Positions 1-13,769 of a stretch of 64,000 bases of DNA are shown here, one piece after another. The DNA is taken from positions 41,602,001 through 41,666,000 of the forward strand of contig NC_091473.1 in NCBI RefSeq assembly GCF_036971445.1, read 5' to 3'. Source of the stretch: Narcine bancroftii (lineage: Eukaryota). Every line of letters starts with the position of its first letter. The first letter of the stretch is position 1. Both the position numbers and the translations under genes were made by a program. The notes under the pieces were generated by a model. The model was not told the origin of the DNA and made no database searches. It saw only the letters and a list, made by a program, of their open reading frames with translations.

Positions 1-1418
1 AATTGTTTTTTGACTTGCTTGATTCTGCTATATTATTTTGTATTTGGAAGGGTAAGCGTCCTTGTCTAAATAAAGTTCATTTACAAAAATCAAAAAGGAA
101 TGGATACATGGCACTACCTAATTTTAGGTTTTATTATTGGGTGGTCAATATACGTAACCTCACGTTTTGGCCATATTTTCATAACCGAGTTGATTGCCAA
201 TCATGGGTTACGATAGAGCTTTACTTTGCTAAAAAATTTCATTCCAGCACTGCTTGGATTCTCACTCCCTTTTTATTTAAATAAGTCAAATGATAATCCA
301 GTTGTCAGATATTCTGTGAGAGTATGGGTTCAGTTCAGGAAGCATTTTGGTTTTCATGATTTAGTCCAATTTTATTTAATCACTTTTCCCAAACAGCTTT
401 GCAGATATCTGCAAATCAGGAATTTTCTTCAATCTCAAATACCTGGTTTTCTTAGGGTTCCAGATGTGATATGTTTTTTAGTTAACGACCTTCACAAGAA
501 GGTTTAACATCCTTTATTTATAATGAAATGGCTGTTCTAAGGTATGCCCTGATACATAATTAAAATGCTTGGGAACAGGATTTAAATTTGTGCATATCAG
601 AAGAGATCTGGGATTCAATTTTTAGGTTAGTCAATTCTACATCATTAAGTGCTCGGCATTGTTTATTACAATTTAAAGTTGTACACAGAGCCCATATTTC
701 CAAAGCCAAATTATCTTGTATCTATCCAGAGGTAAATTCATGTTGTGATAAATGCAGAAGAGATGAGGCCTCTTTAATTCACATGTTTTGATCCTGTCCC
801 AGTCTTAAAAAGTACTGGAAGGAGGTTTTAAAAACTTTATCTTTAATTTTAGATATAAAGTTAGAACCAAATCCTTTGGTAGCTCTTTTTGGTACAATGG
901 AAGAAGATAATGTTTTGCTGACTCCAAATAAATGTTGCATCTTGTTTTTTATTTCTCTTTTGACTAGATGTGGGGTATTACTCAAGTGAAAAGAATCAGG
1001 TGAGCCTTCTCATGCTCAGAAGCTGAAAGATATTATGTTATGTTAGAAAAGATTCAATATACAATTAATAATTCTAACATAAGATTCAAAGCATTGTGGA
1101 GACCATTTTTGAATTATTATCACAATCTTTCAATATAATTTATAATCTGAGTTTTGTTACCTTTTCTCATTTCACTTTTGGGAGTTTATTGTTGTTTCTT
1201 TCTGCTGTCCAATGTTCTTAGGAAGATGGGGTTTTGATTAACTATTTTTTTCTCTCTTTTGTTGTTTTTTTTGTATTTGTACATGATATTTACTTTTGTT
1301 ATGCAATGTAATATGTTGATTTGTATAATTTCTTACTTATGTTTTGCACTCCATATGAGCTTTGTACTGGTTAGGTTTTTTATGTATAAAATCAATAAAA
1401 TATTTTAAAAGAAAAAAG
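1..1418 (+). mobile_element. L1/Tx1-type LINE, decayed 3' part of ORF2 plus 3' UTR and A-rich tail
   Basis: Broken ORFs with L1 ORF2 C-terminal motifs (WKGKRP...GYMALPNFRFYYW; LLQFKVVHRAH...CDKC...SLIHMF); AATAAA and A-rich end near 1394-1418. Confidence 0.85.
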
Positions 1419-1529
1419 ATTTATTGTCAGAGCGCACACATGAGATCAAACACAACCATGAGAATTCTTTTCCTGTGACTGAGGCAGAATTACCACTTAT
1501 TGGCTTTCCAAATGAATATAATTCTTATT

Positions 1530-2530
1530 CTGAGGTATCTTTATAAATAATTTCCCCATCACTGATGTGAGATTCACCAGCCTATAACTTCCTGGAATAT
1601 CCATTCTTGAACAAAATTACAATGACTACTCTCCAGTCTTCTGGGACTTTTATCTATTGCTTGTGACGATACCAAGATCTTTGTCAATGGACCTAGCAAT
1701 CTCCTCTCTTGCCCCTTTCAATAACCTGTAATTCATCCCATCAGGACCCAGGGACTCGTCTTCAAAATATCTTAACACATTAGCATTCTCTGCACTAAAT
1801 TATCTGTGTCTTTCTTCTTGGTGAATTCTGATGCAAAGTACTCCTTTGGTAGCTTGCCCACTTACTCTGACTATAAACATTAAATCCCTCTTTTGTCTTT
1901 CCTTTCCTTAGTTATCTTACTCAAGAACACCCTTTGGCCTTCCTAATCCCCTGTTCAGTTCTTCCTGTATATTTATCCAGGGTCCTGTCTGATTGTAGCT
2001 TCCTGAACCTTATAATATACTTAGATTTTCTCTTTGACTAAATTCACAATTTTTTTTTTCATCCAAAGTTCTCTGGCTGCCATGTCATCCCTGTCCTTCC
2101 TCCTTATTGAAACATGGGAGTCCTGGTCTCTAATTAGCTCATCCTTAAAAAATTCCCACATGTCAGTTATTGACTTGTCTGATAACTCCTGCTCCCAATT
2201 AACTCCCCTGAACATCTGATTAATACTGACATTCTCTGCACTCCCCTAATTTAGTATTTTACTGCAAGGCCCAGGCTTAGCCTTATCCTCTGTTGAAACT
2301 TCAAGCAAGTATGCTCACTTTCCAAAAATGATCTTCCACTGAAAGACAATCACCTGGCCAGGTTCAATTCCCGATACATGCTGCTTAAAAAAAAAAACCT
2401 CCCTGGATGTACCGAACAAATTCTGTACCATATAATCTTCTGGCACAAAGGAAGTCCCAGTAAATATTTCTTTTGCTTCCTTCCATAATATGTTGACATA
2501 TGTGAACAGCTAGAAGCTGTGCCACAAAAG
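1530..2530 (-). mobile_element. Degraded CR1-type LINE ORF2 fragments
   Basis: ORF 2021-2215 (VNWEQEL...MWEFFKDEL...LWMKKKI) resembles the CR1 linker region seen in the 57281-59710 ORF; boundaries approximate. Confidence 0.65.
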
Positions 2531-3515
2531 ACGAGGTGCATCTTTAGCTCCTCAACTATGAACCACTCACCTGCTATTTACCCTGTTCCCCCACTCCCAA
2601 ACAATAATGGACTGAAACATTCAATATTTCCTTCCTATTTGATCTCAAGCTATCTTCATAATCTTGTCATAAATGCCATACCTATTTTTAATTACGAACA
2701 CATCATTTCCATCTTATCCTAGTCGATCTGTTACTGAAATTTACATTTATGCCTATTAAGAGTCCAAGTATAGATGATTCCAATAGGCCTTTATTCAGCT
2801 TCATCTGCCATAAATATCATCTTTTCTGAAATTCTGCTGACCTTATGCTATTTTGTGTATTACTCTATATTTTAGCTTTTGGTCTGAGCAGCCTTGTGCC
2901 CAAATCTCTCTGACAAAAGGACATTACTGGACTAAATCTTAGACAGTGTAGTTCAAATGTGCTGGACTATAAGTGAAAAACAGTGTCCATAAATCCATAA
3001 GCTTCAAAGTATTTATGAAAATGAATAAAAGTGAACTGGAAATTAAGGTTATGAATTGGGGTAACATCAGTTTCAATGTCATATGACAAGATCTGGCAAA
3101 GGCAAACTGAGAGTAGTTACTTGAAAGCATGTCTACATCTGATGTGAGAATCATTTAAAAGTGAAAATGTGAAAGTATAGTCCCAACATGTTTCCTTAAA
3201 AGTGAAGACAAAGAACAACATCCAAGAAAGCCAGAGGGCCAAGGGTAAAGGATAAGAGTAGGGGATCCAAAACAAATAAAGCTAAAAAGTATTTGGAATC
3301 TGGCAACCCATAATCTTTACTAAGTACAATATTTAAATGAGCACTTGAACACCAAGACATAAAAGGTTGTGGGCCTTATGATGGAAAATGAATTTAGCAC
3401 CGATGGTATCTTAATGGTTGGCATAGATGGTGGACTGAAGGGCTTGTTTCTCTGCAATTCCATGATTTCATTCATGTTTCCATCCCAATAACCTCCTCCA
3501 CTATCATAATCAAAT

Positions 3516-3545
3516 ACTCTCTCTCTCTCTCTCTCTCCCTCTCTG
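3516..3545. repeat. (CT)n microsatellite
   Basis: Direct reading of the sequence. Confidence 0.9.
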
Positions 3546-6379
3546 TGTGTGAGAAGAATCCTGTTTGTTTTTTCCTCTCTCTGACTTCTTACAGGCCTCC
3601 AAACCCAATCGTTGAAAGATCTTATTAGCACTTGAGCCTGGACTTTTTCCATTTGCACCTTCCATTGTCTTTTGCAAAGCCAACTGAAGTCTGAATGTCC
3701 AGCTTCAGCAAAATTCTTGCATTTTAAATGAGATGTCTTTTGTGAAGTGACCTACACTAAACTCCCACAATCTCTCTTTTAAAGACATATTTATACATAA
3801 TATAATATAACCCATAACATGACCTTCTCCTCTGCTGTTGCATTTTTAAAATAGCTTTTGAATGCTAAATTGCACTTCTGCTGAAACTTTTTAAATGATT
3901 CAACAATGTTTTCACCCTCCCAGTCCATCACTGGGTGAACTGCTGTTGCTTCAGCCATTTTTTTTTAAGTAATGCTTTTTCTCTTCTTCCTCTTCCTATT
4001 TCGGTGACTTACAATCAATTGTATAGCTTTATTCTTGTTCTCTTATACCGCTGCCTTACTTGGGAGCTTCTTAGGAGATGCAAGATTCAAATAACAGAAG
4101 AGATTTTACTTACTGATGCCTTCTACCATCTGAAGAAATTATTCACACACTTCATATACATATACATACACCCCACAGTGGTGCACCACAGTTACTACAG
4201 TGGGAAGGGTGTATTCTTACGTGGTTACAAAATAGTTCACATTATCCTGACTATATAACATAACCAAACTCTCTGCCCTTAACTCCAGTTTTCTTTTGGA
4301 ATTTAGTCACCATGATCACAAATTTCTTCCCTCAACTTCCTTGACTGTGGCCTCAGACTGAACAATTATTATTCAGTATTTACTTCTGTTAATTGACTAT
4401 TAAAACTATTTCTCAACATTTATGTTAAATGACCAATCTGTCCAAATAAATAAGTATAACTAACCAGAGATGTACAAAATGCTGGAGAACTAAGCATAGT
4501 GAATAGTTGGGTAGGGAGCGGTTGCATAGCACTTTCTCTGAGTTCCTTCTGAGAAAAGCTTTTGATGCTCTTCCACGGATTTCTTTTTTCATATTTTTTA
4601 CAGCAAAGTTTAAGGACCATCAAGTTTCATCAGTGAAAAAGATATGGCTTCAAACTCCATGAACAACTCAATTGAATTAACAGTCAAATAAATTTGGCAG
4701 ATCTTGAGACTAGAATAAACCCAACCCACATTGTTCCATTTAAGAGAGATATTAATTCCTTATGTGCTGTCTCAACGGAAATATCCCACATTCCTTATTG
4801 ACACAAGCTGACAAAAACATTTAACCATAAAAAGGAGCAACCATCAGTGAATAAATGGCTTGTGGTTTCCAGATTAATCTATACAATGAAGACAACAGCT
4901 GAGCTTTGCTGCTAAGGTGAGGATACATTTATAAACTAAGACAATATTAAAGCTGAATTTTTCACAACCATATTACTGTTTCTGTTGTGTGAAGCATCTC
5001 GTCTGTGAATCCAAGGATTAATATTTACCACACCTAAAATGCAACCAAAGAATTTTATCAGGTATGAAAAACAGTTTTATTCAGAGCTGAGAATAGCAAT
5101 TAATTTTACCTTCCATCTTTGTAATGTTTTTCTGTTTTGCATGTCATTCAAAGGAATTTTGCACACGTCTCCATGGAAGAAAAGATGATGAACTTGAGGT
5201 TCTGTGTGTGGCATGCTTAAATAATGAAAACGAGTTTTATTTTCTAAATGTAATTATAAAATGTGAATTTTGTATTTGTTTTATTATGTTGGATTGAATA
5301 TTCCACACATTAACTATAAAAAATACTGTATTCCATATATTTTAATTTGGACAATGGTTTAGAATTAGCATCAAAATAATTCCAAACTCCAAAAAAAGTG
5401 TCAGCAGATGGTGCATTAATATTGAAATGTTACTTTAGATTTATGTTCTAGATGGCTAACTCTTCACTTCAAAGGACAGTATTTTCTAGCTCTATAATGG
5501 GTCTAGAAAAAGCTTTCTTTTCCCTCCAGTTAACTTGCAATGAAAATTGATTTTCTGCACCAATTTTTAAAATTATATTGAGAATGGTCAGGAGAATGGC
5601 TTGATAAAAATCACTGCATTGCATTAATGTTGATTTTAATGAAAAGTTTGGACAATGGTCCAAACTTTTATTTTAAACATCTAGGTATTAATTCAAGTGA
5701 AAGGTATAAATGTATGAAAACAGTTGTTATCCATTTTTATTTTCAGTGTGTGTTAGTTTCGTTGGAGTTATGGCAATTCCTATTTAATTTGATTATAAAA
5801 GATGCATCTTGGTATTATTTGTTTCAATAACTTTTCTGTTTGAAATGTTTTCACATTTTTCCCCAAGTATTATGCTATCATAAATGGCATTGCTTAATAA
5901 GAGAGCAAAGACAATATAACTATTTAGAACTTGAAGTTAAAATCTAGAATCCACAACTTTATCTGCATCTTGATTTTTGAACAATATGCTACCGGCCAAA
6001 ACCTCAACAATAAAAAATGCTAAAATTCAAAAATTAACACCTGCTCACATAGAACACAATGAAAGGCATATTATCAAGTCTCCAAGGAATCTTGCATTTA
6101 TCAAATATTTGCATCTTTTTTCAAAAATTACAACCTTAATGTAGTAATCTGGCAAACTTATCAAAGAGACAGTTTTAAAATTTACTAATTGTTCAACAGT
6201 GAGCCATAGAAAACCTATGACCAAATGGAAGCACTGGTTGAACATATCATGGCGCAAAGCAATAGAGGGTTTAAATTGACTTATTTATTAGGAGAAGAAT
6301 GAGGCAAACCTTATCAAGTGTGGGTTGAAGTAAACACGTTTGCACAGACGTAGGTTTTGGCAGAAGCAGAGATGGGAAG

Positions 6380-7712
6380 AACATAGAACCATAACACAAT
6401 ACAGGCCCTTTGGGCGACAATGTTGTACCGATCTATGTAAACCTGCTCAAAAACTAAAGCTTTTCTACCTCATAACCCTCTATTTTCCTTTCATCCATGT
6501 GCCTTAAGAGTCTTTTAAATGTGCCTATTGTACCAGCGTCCACCACCACATTGGACAACACATTCCAGGTACCCACTACACTGTGTAAAAACCTTACCCC
6601 TGATGTCTCCCCTAAACTCCCCCTCCCCCCCACCCCACTCACCTTGTCCTCACGTATTTGCTACTCATGCCCCAAGAATTAGGTGCTGGCTATCCACCCT
6701 ATCGAGGTCTCACATAATCTTCTAGACATCTATTAAGTCACATCTCACCCTTCTTCACTCCAAAGAGAAAAACCGCCACTCAGCTAACCTTGCCTCTGAA
6801 GACACATTCTCCAATCCAGACAACATTCTGGTAAATCTCCTCTGCATCCTTTCAATAGCCTCCACATCCTTCTTCTAATGAGATAACCAGAACTGAACCC
6901 AATATTCCAAGGATGGTCTAACCAGAGTTTTATAGATCTGCAACATTACCTCTTAACTCTTGAACTCAATTCCCCTACTAATAAAGGCCAGCATACCATA
7001 AACCTTCTTAACTACTCATCAAACTGTACAGCAACATTGAGAGATTGATGGATATGGTCCCCAAGATCCCTCTGTTGATCCACAATATTTAAAATCCTAC
7101 CATTAAGCATGTACTCTTCCTTTTAAGTTTGACATTCTAAAATGCATGATTTCACACTTATCCAGATTGAACTCCATCTGCCACTTTTCCACGCAACTCT
7201 GCATTCTGTCTATATCTGTTGTAACCTTCAACAACCTTCTGCACGATCCACAACACCTCCAGCCTTCGTGTCACCTGAAAACTTACTGACGCATCCCTCT
7301 ATTTCTTCGTTCAGGTCATTTATTAAAATAAAAAGACAAGGGATCTCAGAACAGATCCCTGTGGAACTCCACTCATCATTGACCTCCAGACAAGACAATT
7401 CTGAATTCTGGATCCATAGATCCCATGCCTCCTGACTTTTTGAACAATCTACCAAGAGAGGCCTTGTCAAATGCCTTACTAAAATCCATAAACACCATAT
7501 CTTCTGCCCTACCTTCTTCAATTTCTTTTGTTATCTCCTCAAAAAACTCAATAGGCTTGTAAGACATGAACTACCCTTCACAAAGCCACGCTGACTATCC
7601 TTGAATAGTCTATACTTCTCTAAATGCTTGTAAAACCTATCCCTAAGAATCCCCTCCAATAGTTTTCCCACTTCTGATGCAAGACTCACTGGTCTATAAT
7701 TTTTAGGATTCT
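6380..7712 (-). mobile_element. 5'-truncated CR1-type LINE (RT fragments plus 3' tail)
   Basis: Motifs NYRPVSL, GFVKGSSCLT, MDFSKAFDK, FINDL...SKFSGDTK; CR1-like 3' tail near 6380. Confidence 0.85.
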
Positions 7713-8581
7713 GAAATTTTGAGGTTAGAAAAGATGCTCTTACTGATGGCACCCATGTGTAATGGGAAACACAGCATGGGATCAAGCATGATATTAAGTT
7801 GAGAATGGTCACCTTTGTCACCTGTTAGAGAAGGGGATGGAGTTGGTGTCTAGGGAATAGAATTTGTAGCAATAACTTCCTACATTTAGTGGAAGCAATT
7901 TTGTTTTGTCCTGCAGTACTGGAACTGACAGGAGGTTGGACAATTTAATGAAGTATAACATACATATTGCATCATGTTCTGTTGAAAACTTGCAAAGTGC
8001 ATGGCACACTATGGTCAAAATACTCTACTCGTGACGCGCATGAATATTTATTTCCCAGCATTTGCTCAATATAGATGATCATATGAAGGTCTTGGCAATA
8101 AGGAAAGAGCACAGTAATCCTCTGAAGTATTTTGCTAGGCCCTGAATGATCTCATTTGCAAGAGTCAGAACTGTATTTATTCTTCCAAATGAAACTGAAA
8201 GAAAGGCAATCTTCATCTTTAAAAGAACACACATTTTTATGGATGGCATGTCCTGTTTTGGCTTCATTGTTGAAAATGCAGCTGATCTCATGAAAATGAT
8301 TAAAATCACTCATCTAGTGAGGAAACATGTGTAGATTCCATATTCAGAACTGAGCAGTTTTGAATGATTAGTTTATCGAGACTGAGAGTCAAGGACTGGT
8401 TGATAGATGCAGTTTATAGGGTGATCATGGCATTGAAACTGATGATCTTACCAAATTATAATTAACAAGTCCAAAACATCTAAATGAATGGCAATGTAAA
8501 ATTAGCTGTCCATGCAGACTAATTGGGGCTTGTGGGCCAAAATGGTCTGTTAACGTTCAGTATGTCTAAATTAAAAGAAAG

Positions 8582-8780
8582 GGGCGACATGGTTGGCATA
8601 GCAGTTAGCGAGTCCGTGCCACCCAATTACATCCGATGAACCTACAGCGCCAGTGATTGGGACTGCTGTTCGAATCTTGTGCTGTCTGTAAGGAGTTTGT
8701 ACGTTCTCCCCATGTCTTTGTGGGTTTTCCCTGAGGGCTCCGGTTTCTTCTTACCGTTCGAAACATACAGGTGGTGTCGA
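8582..8780 (+). mobile_element. tRNA-derived V-SINE-like element with an inverted internal segment
   Basis: tRNA-like head (tggttggcatagcagttagc...gttcgaatc) and V-domain-like core (gtttgtacgttctcccc...gtgggttttcc...ctccggtttc). Confidence 0.7.
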
Positions 8781-8889
8781 AAAAGCCTGTTATCATGCTT
8801 TATGTCTACATTTTAAAAATTGCATTAATTTCATTATTGTAAAACCAATTGCAGCAGCAGACATCCTTTACATAACCTTTTCAGTAAAG

Positions 8890-9110
8890 CCACTCACCAA
8901 TCAGTTCACTAAAGTGCCTCTATGACAAAATTATGCACTCAATAGTCACAGTTCCAATATCTGAAGGAACTCAATCAACTGTGGTCAAGTCAAGAATTCC
9001 CAATTCCTTAGGAATCAATTCTATATAAATGGCTTTAGCTGTCTTCACTGTTGCTACATCGAAGAAAAGGCTGGGGCCAATTTTCAGAAGAGTTATTTTT
9101 GCAGGTTTGT
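8890..9110 (+). promoter_or_regulatory. Candidate OMD core promoter and non-coding exon 1
   Basis: CCAAT (~8897), RUNX-type TGTGGT (8980-8985), TATATAAA (9022-9029), possible donor CAG|GTTTGT after 9104, about 0.9 kb upstream of the exon acceptor at 9999; motif evidence only. Confidence 0.35.
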
Positions 9111-10021
9111 AGTTTGATTAGGCCTCAAGCTGAAAACAAGTAAACAAATTAGGGGACATGCAACAATGAAAGGATTTTCTAATGAGCCAGACATTGGCAC
9201 TTGTGCATCTCTGGGTTGAGTTGGAGGGCTAAGACTTAAACCATCGTCAAGACAGTGGTACAGTAGTTACACAATAAATCTTGTTGGTATTGTCACAAAT
9301 TGTTACTTCATTATTTCCTTCCCAATTCATTTGCAAAGATAAGCAGTTTTTCAGTCCTTCATCAGTGAAAGCTGGCACATAACATTCTCCAGTCTGTTTG
9401 ATTAATCCAGTCTAGATTCTCCATCAATTTCTTGAGTTTGGAGAGAAAACTAGGCAATAGAGCTAGTATTAGACAGGGTATTAATTATCAAAACTTTCAA
9501 GCAGTAGTTCCTGCCAAAAGGGCAAATGTAGTTTTATTATGATTAAAACTTGCCATATTAAGACAGATGAATTCATTTTGCTAATGCCTTCAAAGGAAAG
9601 TTAATGACTAGAAGCATCAATATAGTATAAAATTAAGGAGTTTTAATATGATAAAAATTAGTAATTTAGCCCTTCAATATAGAGTTCTAATGCACAAGCA
9701 TCAATTTTTTACCTTGTTCTTGTGAAAAGGTGCATCAACACTGCCTAAAGGTTATGTATTATCAAGTGGAATGCCTGAGGTATTATTCTATCAGAAAACA
9801 TCTTAAACAAGCATCTTCAAGTTAATCGTGACACTTCCTGAAACGCTCCATCAGGATGTAGCAGGTTATCTTGTTTAAGAATGAACTGTGTCTATTTTTA
9901 TAATAAGAGAATTGTATTATTGTCACTGCTTATTTTGCAATATCACTGATCCTTTGTGATTCATTCTTTATTTTCTTGCATTCATTTTAATTTCTGTAGA
10001 GTCAAAACTTTCACCGTAAGA

Positions 10022-10931
10022 ATGGCCTTCATCACAAGGCTGCCAATTTTAATACTTCTCTTCGGTGTAAATATTCTTTGTCAAGATTCCAACAATGAAC
10101 CATCTATTCCACAACATCAACGACGCATTCGTACACCCTTAGATCCTGAAATATACAGATCGTTTCCCAGAGAGTGTGCACAAGAATGTCGTTGCATGCC
10201 ATCATTTCCTTACGCCATGTACTGTGCTAATCGAAAACTCAAAAACATTCCAAATATTCCAGCACATGTGAGATTTCTGTTCCTTCAGCTGAATGAAATA
10301 GAAAATGTGCCCAAAAATGCTTTTGCTAATGCAACATTGCTTCAAGAAATTAACTTAAGTCGCAATAAATTGAAATCTTCCAAGATATCCAAAGGTGTAT
10401 TCGGCAAACTCAAACATCTGGTTATTCTTAATTTGTCACACAATAAACTTGAAGAGGTCCCAGCTCCACTACCAAACACTCTTGAAGAACTTTCTTTGGG
10501 CTTCAATCAAATTACAAAACTACCTGCTGATACTTTTCGTTCATTGAAAAATGTCACAATTTTGGATCTTGGCAATAACCGACTCCCTGATGGTGCAGTT
10601 AAGGGAAATCATCTTGGAAAAATGAAGAATCTCTTACAGTTAAACCTGCGCAGTAACAGACTCAAGTCCATGCCTGGAGATCTTCCAGCTTCTCTACTAC
10701 AACTTTCAGTTGAAAACAACTCAATATCGTCCATCCCACTAAATTACTTCAGAAAAACTCCAAATCTCATCTCATTAAGGATGACATACAATAAACTCAA
10801 ACAAGTTCCCTATAGTGTGTTCAATGTCTCAAAACTAATGGAACTGAATCTAGGTCACAACCAACTAACCAAAACTTTCTACGTTCCAAGGAATCTGGAA
10901 CACCTTTATCTCAACAATAATGATTTTACAA
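10022..10931 (+). CDS. OMD: Osteomodulin (class II SLRP), first coding exon
   Basis: Acceptor tttctgtag ends at 9999; ATG at 10022; signal peptide; class II Cys cluster CAQECRCMPSFPYAMYC; LRRs ending FYVPRNLEHLYLNNN, closely like mammalian OMD; phase-1 donor A|GTATGC at 10931/10932. Confidence 0.95.
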
Positions 10932-11249
10932 GTATGCACACTGTTATGTTACATTCTTATTAATATCTAGTCATGATATTTAAAAAAAAACAATATTAAC
11001 TGCATGTCTACCCTGAGGTGATAATAATGTAAATTCACTTCAGTGAGCAGTTTAAAGTCCAAGAAAGAACTTGCATTTTATATTTTGCAAACAATGTAAA
11101 TGAAATGATGGAAATATTAAAAAAGTGGTGTAACAACTCATTGAATTGCAGAGGTGTAAATACTCAGCAGATATTATGCCTCACTGGAGAGAGAGAAACA
11201 CAATTAATATTTATGATAGGACATAATAAAAGACCATTGATCCAAAAAT

Positions 11250-13182
11250 TGCACAGAATCAGAAACTGATTAGGAATAGTCAACATGACTTTGTGTGTGG
11301 TAGGTCGTGTTTAACCAATCTTATAGAGTTTTTCGAGGAGGTTACCAGGAAAGTTGATGAAGGAAAGGCTGTGGATGTTGTCTACATGGACTTAAGAAAG
11401 GCCTTTGCCAAGGTCCCACATGGTAGGGTAGTCAGAAAGGTTTAGTCGCTAGGTATTCATGATGAAGTAGCTAACTGAATTCAACTATGTCTGAATGGGA
11501 GAAACCAGAGTAGTGGTACGTGATTGCTTCTCAGACTGGAGGCCTATGATTAGTGGTATGCCTCAGGGACTGGTGCTGGGACCATTGTTATTTGTCATCT
11601 TTCAATGGTCTGAATGATAAAGTGGTAAATTGGATCAGCAAGTTTGCACATGGCACTAAGATTGAAAGCACTGTGGACAGTGAAGAAAGTTTTCAAGGCT
11701 TGCAGAGGGATGTACCATCTGGAAAAATGGGATGAAAAATGACAGATGGAATTTAATGGAGATAAGTGTGAGGTGTATTTTGGAAGGACAAACCAAGAAA
11801 GGACATGCACGATAAATGGTAGGGTATTGAGGAGTGTGGTAGAACAGAGGGATTTAGGAATACCCTGAAAGTGGCATAACAGTAGAAAGGGTTGTAAAGA
11901 GAACTTAGTGCCCATCATAAATCAAAGTACTGTGTATAGGAGTTGGGATTTTATGGCAAAGTTGTATAAGATATTGGTGAGGCCAAATTTGGAATATTTG
12001 TGTGCAGTGTTAGTCACCTAACAAGAAAGATATCAATAAGATAGAAAGAATGCAGAGAAGAATTACTAGGATGTTGCCTGGACTTCAGGAACTGAGTTAC
12101 TGAGAAAGGTTGAACATGTTAGGAATTTATTCCTTGGAGTGTAGAGAATGATGGGAGATTTGAAGAGGTATTTAAAATTATGAGAGGGATAGACAGAGTA
12201 AATGTAGATAGGGTTTACCACTGAGGGTAGGTGAGATACAGACCAAAAGGCATGGGTTAAGAATGAAAGGGGAAAAGTTTAGGGGGAACATGAGCTGGAA
12301 CATTTTCACACAGAGACTAGTGGGAGTGTGGAACAAACTGCCAGTTGAAGTGGTGAATGCGGGCTCAATTTTAACATTTAAGAAGAATTTCGATAGCTAC
12401 AGTGGAACCCCGATTTAAAGCACCCCGATTTAATGTGAATTCAGATATAACACGATGAGTCATTTGGCCCCTTAATGCCCACGTTCCGTTCTTTGAGATG
12501 GGAGGTTAAGCAAGCCCATTTTAAAAGTTGCAGTACCAGGGATGGCCTCCCTGTGGCAAAGTGGATGTTTAGAAGTGGCACACCAAAATAATTAAGGTAA
12601 GTACAGTAATGTTTATCTTGGTGGGGAATTCATCGTATTAGTGAAGGCAGGGGGGAGGGAATGGAGGTATGTGTAGCTGAGAATGGGGGGGGGGCAGGGG
12701 GTCGTGTTTGTTGCTGAGAATGGTAGAGGAAGTGGTGAGTGCTGCTGCAAACGAGGGGTGGGGGGTACTGCCGTGAACAAGGGGTGGGGGGGGTGAGTGT
12801 TGTTGCTAATGGGGGTCGAGGGGTGAATGCTGTCGTGAACAGAGGGAGGTGAGTGCTGTTCCAAACATGGGAGTGGGTGGTGAGTGCTGCTGAAAGTAGA
12901 GGGGGATGGTGGGGTTGCTGGTGTGATCGATGTGTATATATATTGCACACAGTAGTGAAACCCCAATTTAGCGTGACCCCGCTTTATTTGTGATGCAGTT
13001 TGTTTTGGACCCCAACTATCATGTTATAACGGGGTTCCACTGTATCTGGATGGGAGAGGAGTGGAGGGTTATGGACTGGGTGCTAGACAGTGGGACTAGG
13101 CAAAATAAATTGTTCAGCACAGACTAGAAGGGCCAAAAGAGCCTGTTTCTGTTCTGTAATGTTCTATGATTCTCTGGTTCTA
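11250..13182 (+). mobile_element. 5'-truncated CR1-type LINE interrupted by a MITE
   Basis: RT remnants (SCLTNLIEFFEEVT, DVVYMD, SKFA..TK) and a TTCTATG-like 3' tail at ~13150-13182. Confidence 0.85.
12400..13042. mobile_element. Non-autonomous Tc1/pogo-type DNA transposon (MITE) with G-rich minisatellite core
   Basis: TIRs CAGTGGAACCCCG...CGGGGTTCCACTG flanked by TA on both sides; G-rich repeats at ~12645-12925. Confidence 0.85.
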
Positions 13183-13769
13183 TAATCTGCTGCATATTTA
13201 CAGCATCTGTTTCTGTTGTATTCCAACATGTTGATCAATATATTGCATAAATTTTCAAACCCACACTTACTACTTACATTTTTATCTGAAAGAAGTAGTC
13301 TTCGTTAAATTCAGGTATGAAATTTCATGTCTAATTCACACCAAACAAGCTGGAAGTACAAACTACCATGTGGGATTATGGTCAGATTATAGAGGAGATG
13401 GGAAGAGAGAGAAAAAAGGAGAGTGAGATAGCAGGAGATGGACAAATGCATGTACATACACAAAAATATCTGGAATATGTAAAGAATTAGATACACAGAG
13501 ATCAATCTAAAATACTGAAAGAATTTTGTGTATCATTCATTACCAAGAATGTTGCCAAAGTCTGATTCAGAAGGGAAGTGGCACTGATAAAGAATGGGAG
13601 TTTTGAGGGGGGTGGAAAGGAAGAAGAAGGGGAAAAATACCAGAAGTACTCAGCACATAAGGTAGCTTCTGTGAAAAGAAAAATTGAGTTAACATTTCAG
13701 GTCTTTGTTGGCACAGGGACTTGAATAAGGATCCCAACTTAAAATGTTGACTGTCCATTTCGCTCCGTG

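Noticed and set aside
1-9900. ASPN terminal exon or the next CENPP exon
   Set aside because: No recognisable coding match found by eye; probably outside the window
9956-10021. N-terminal extension of the OMD ORF
   Set aside because: Runs through the polypyrimidine tract and acceptor; the signal peptide starts at ATG 10022
12613-12966. Pro/His/Thr-rich ORFs
   Set aside because: Translation of the G-rich MITE core; the same applies to 56089-56473
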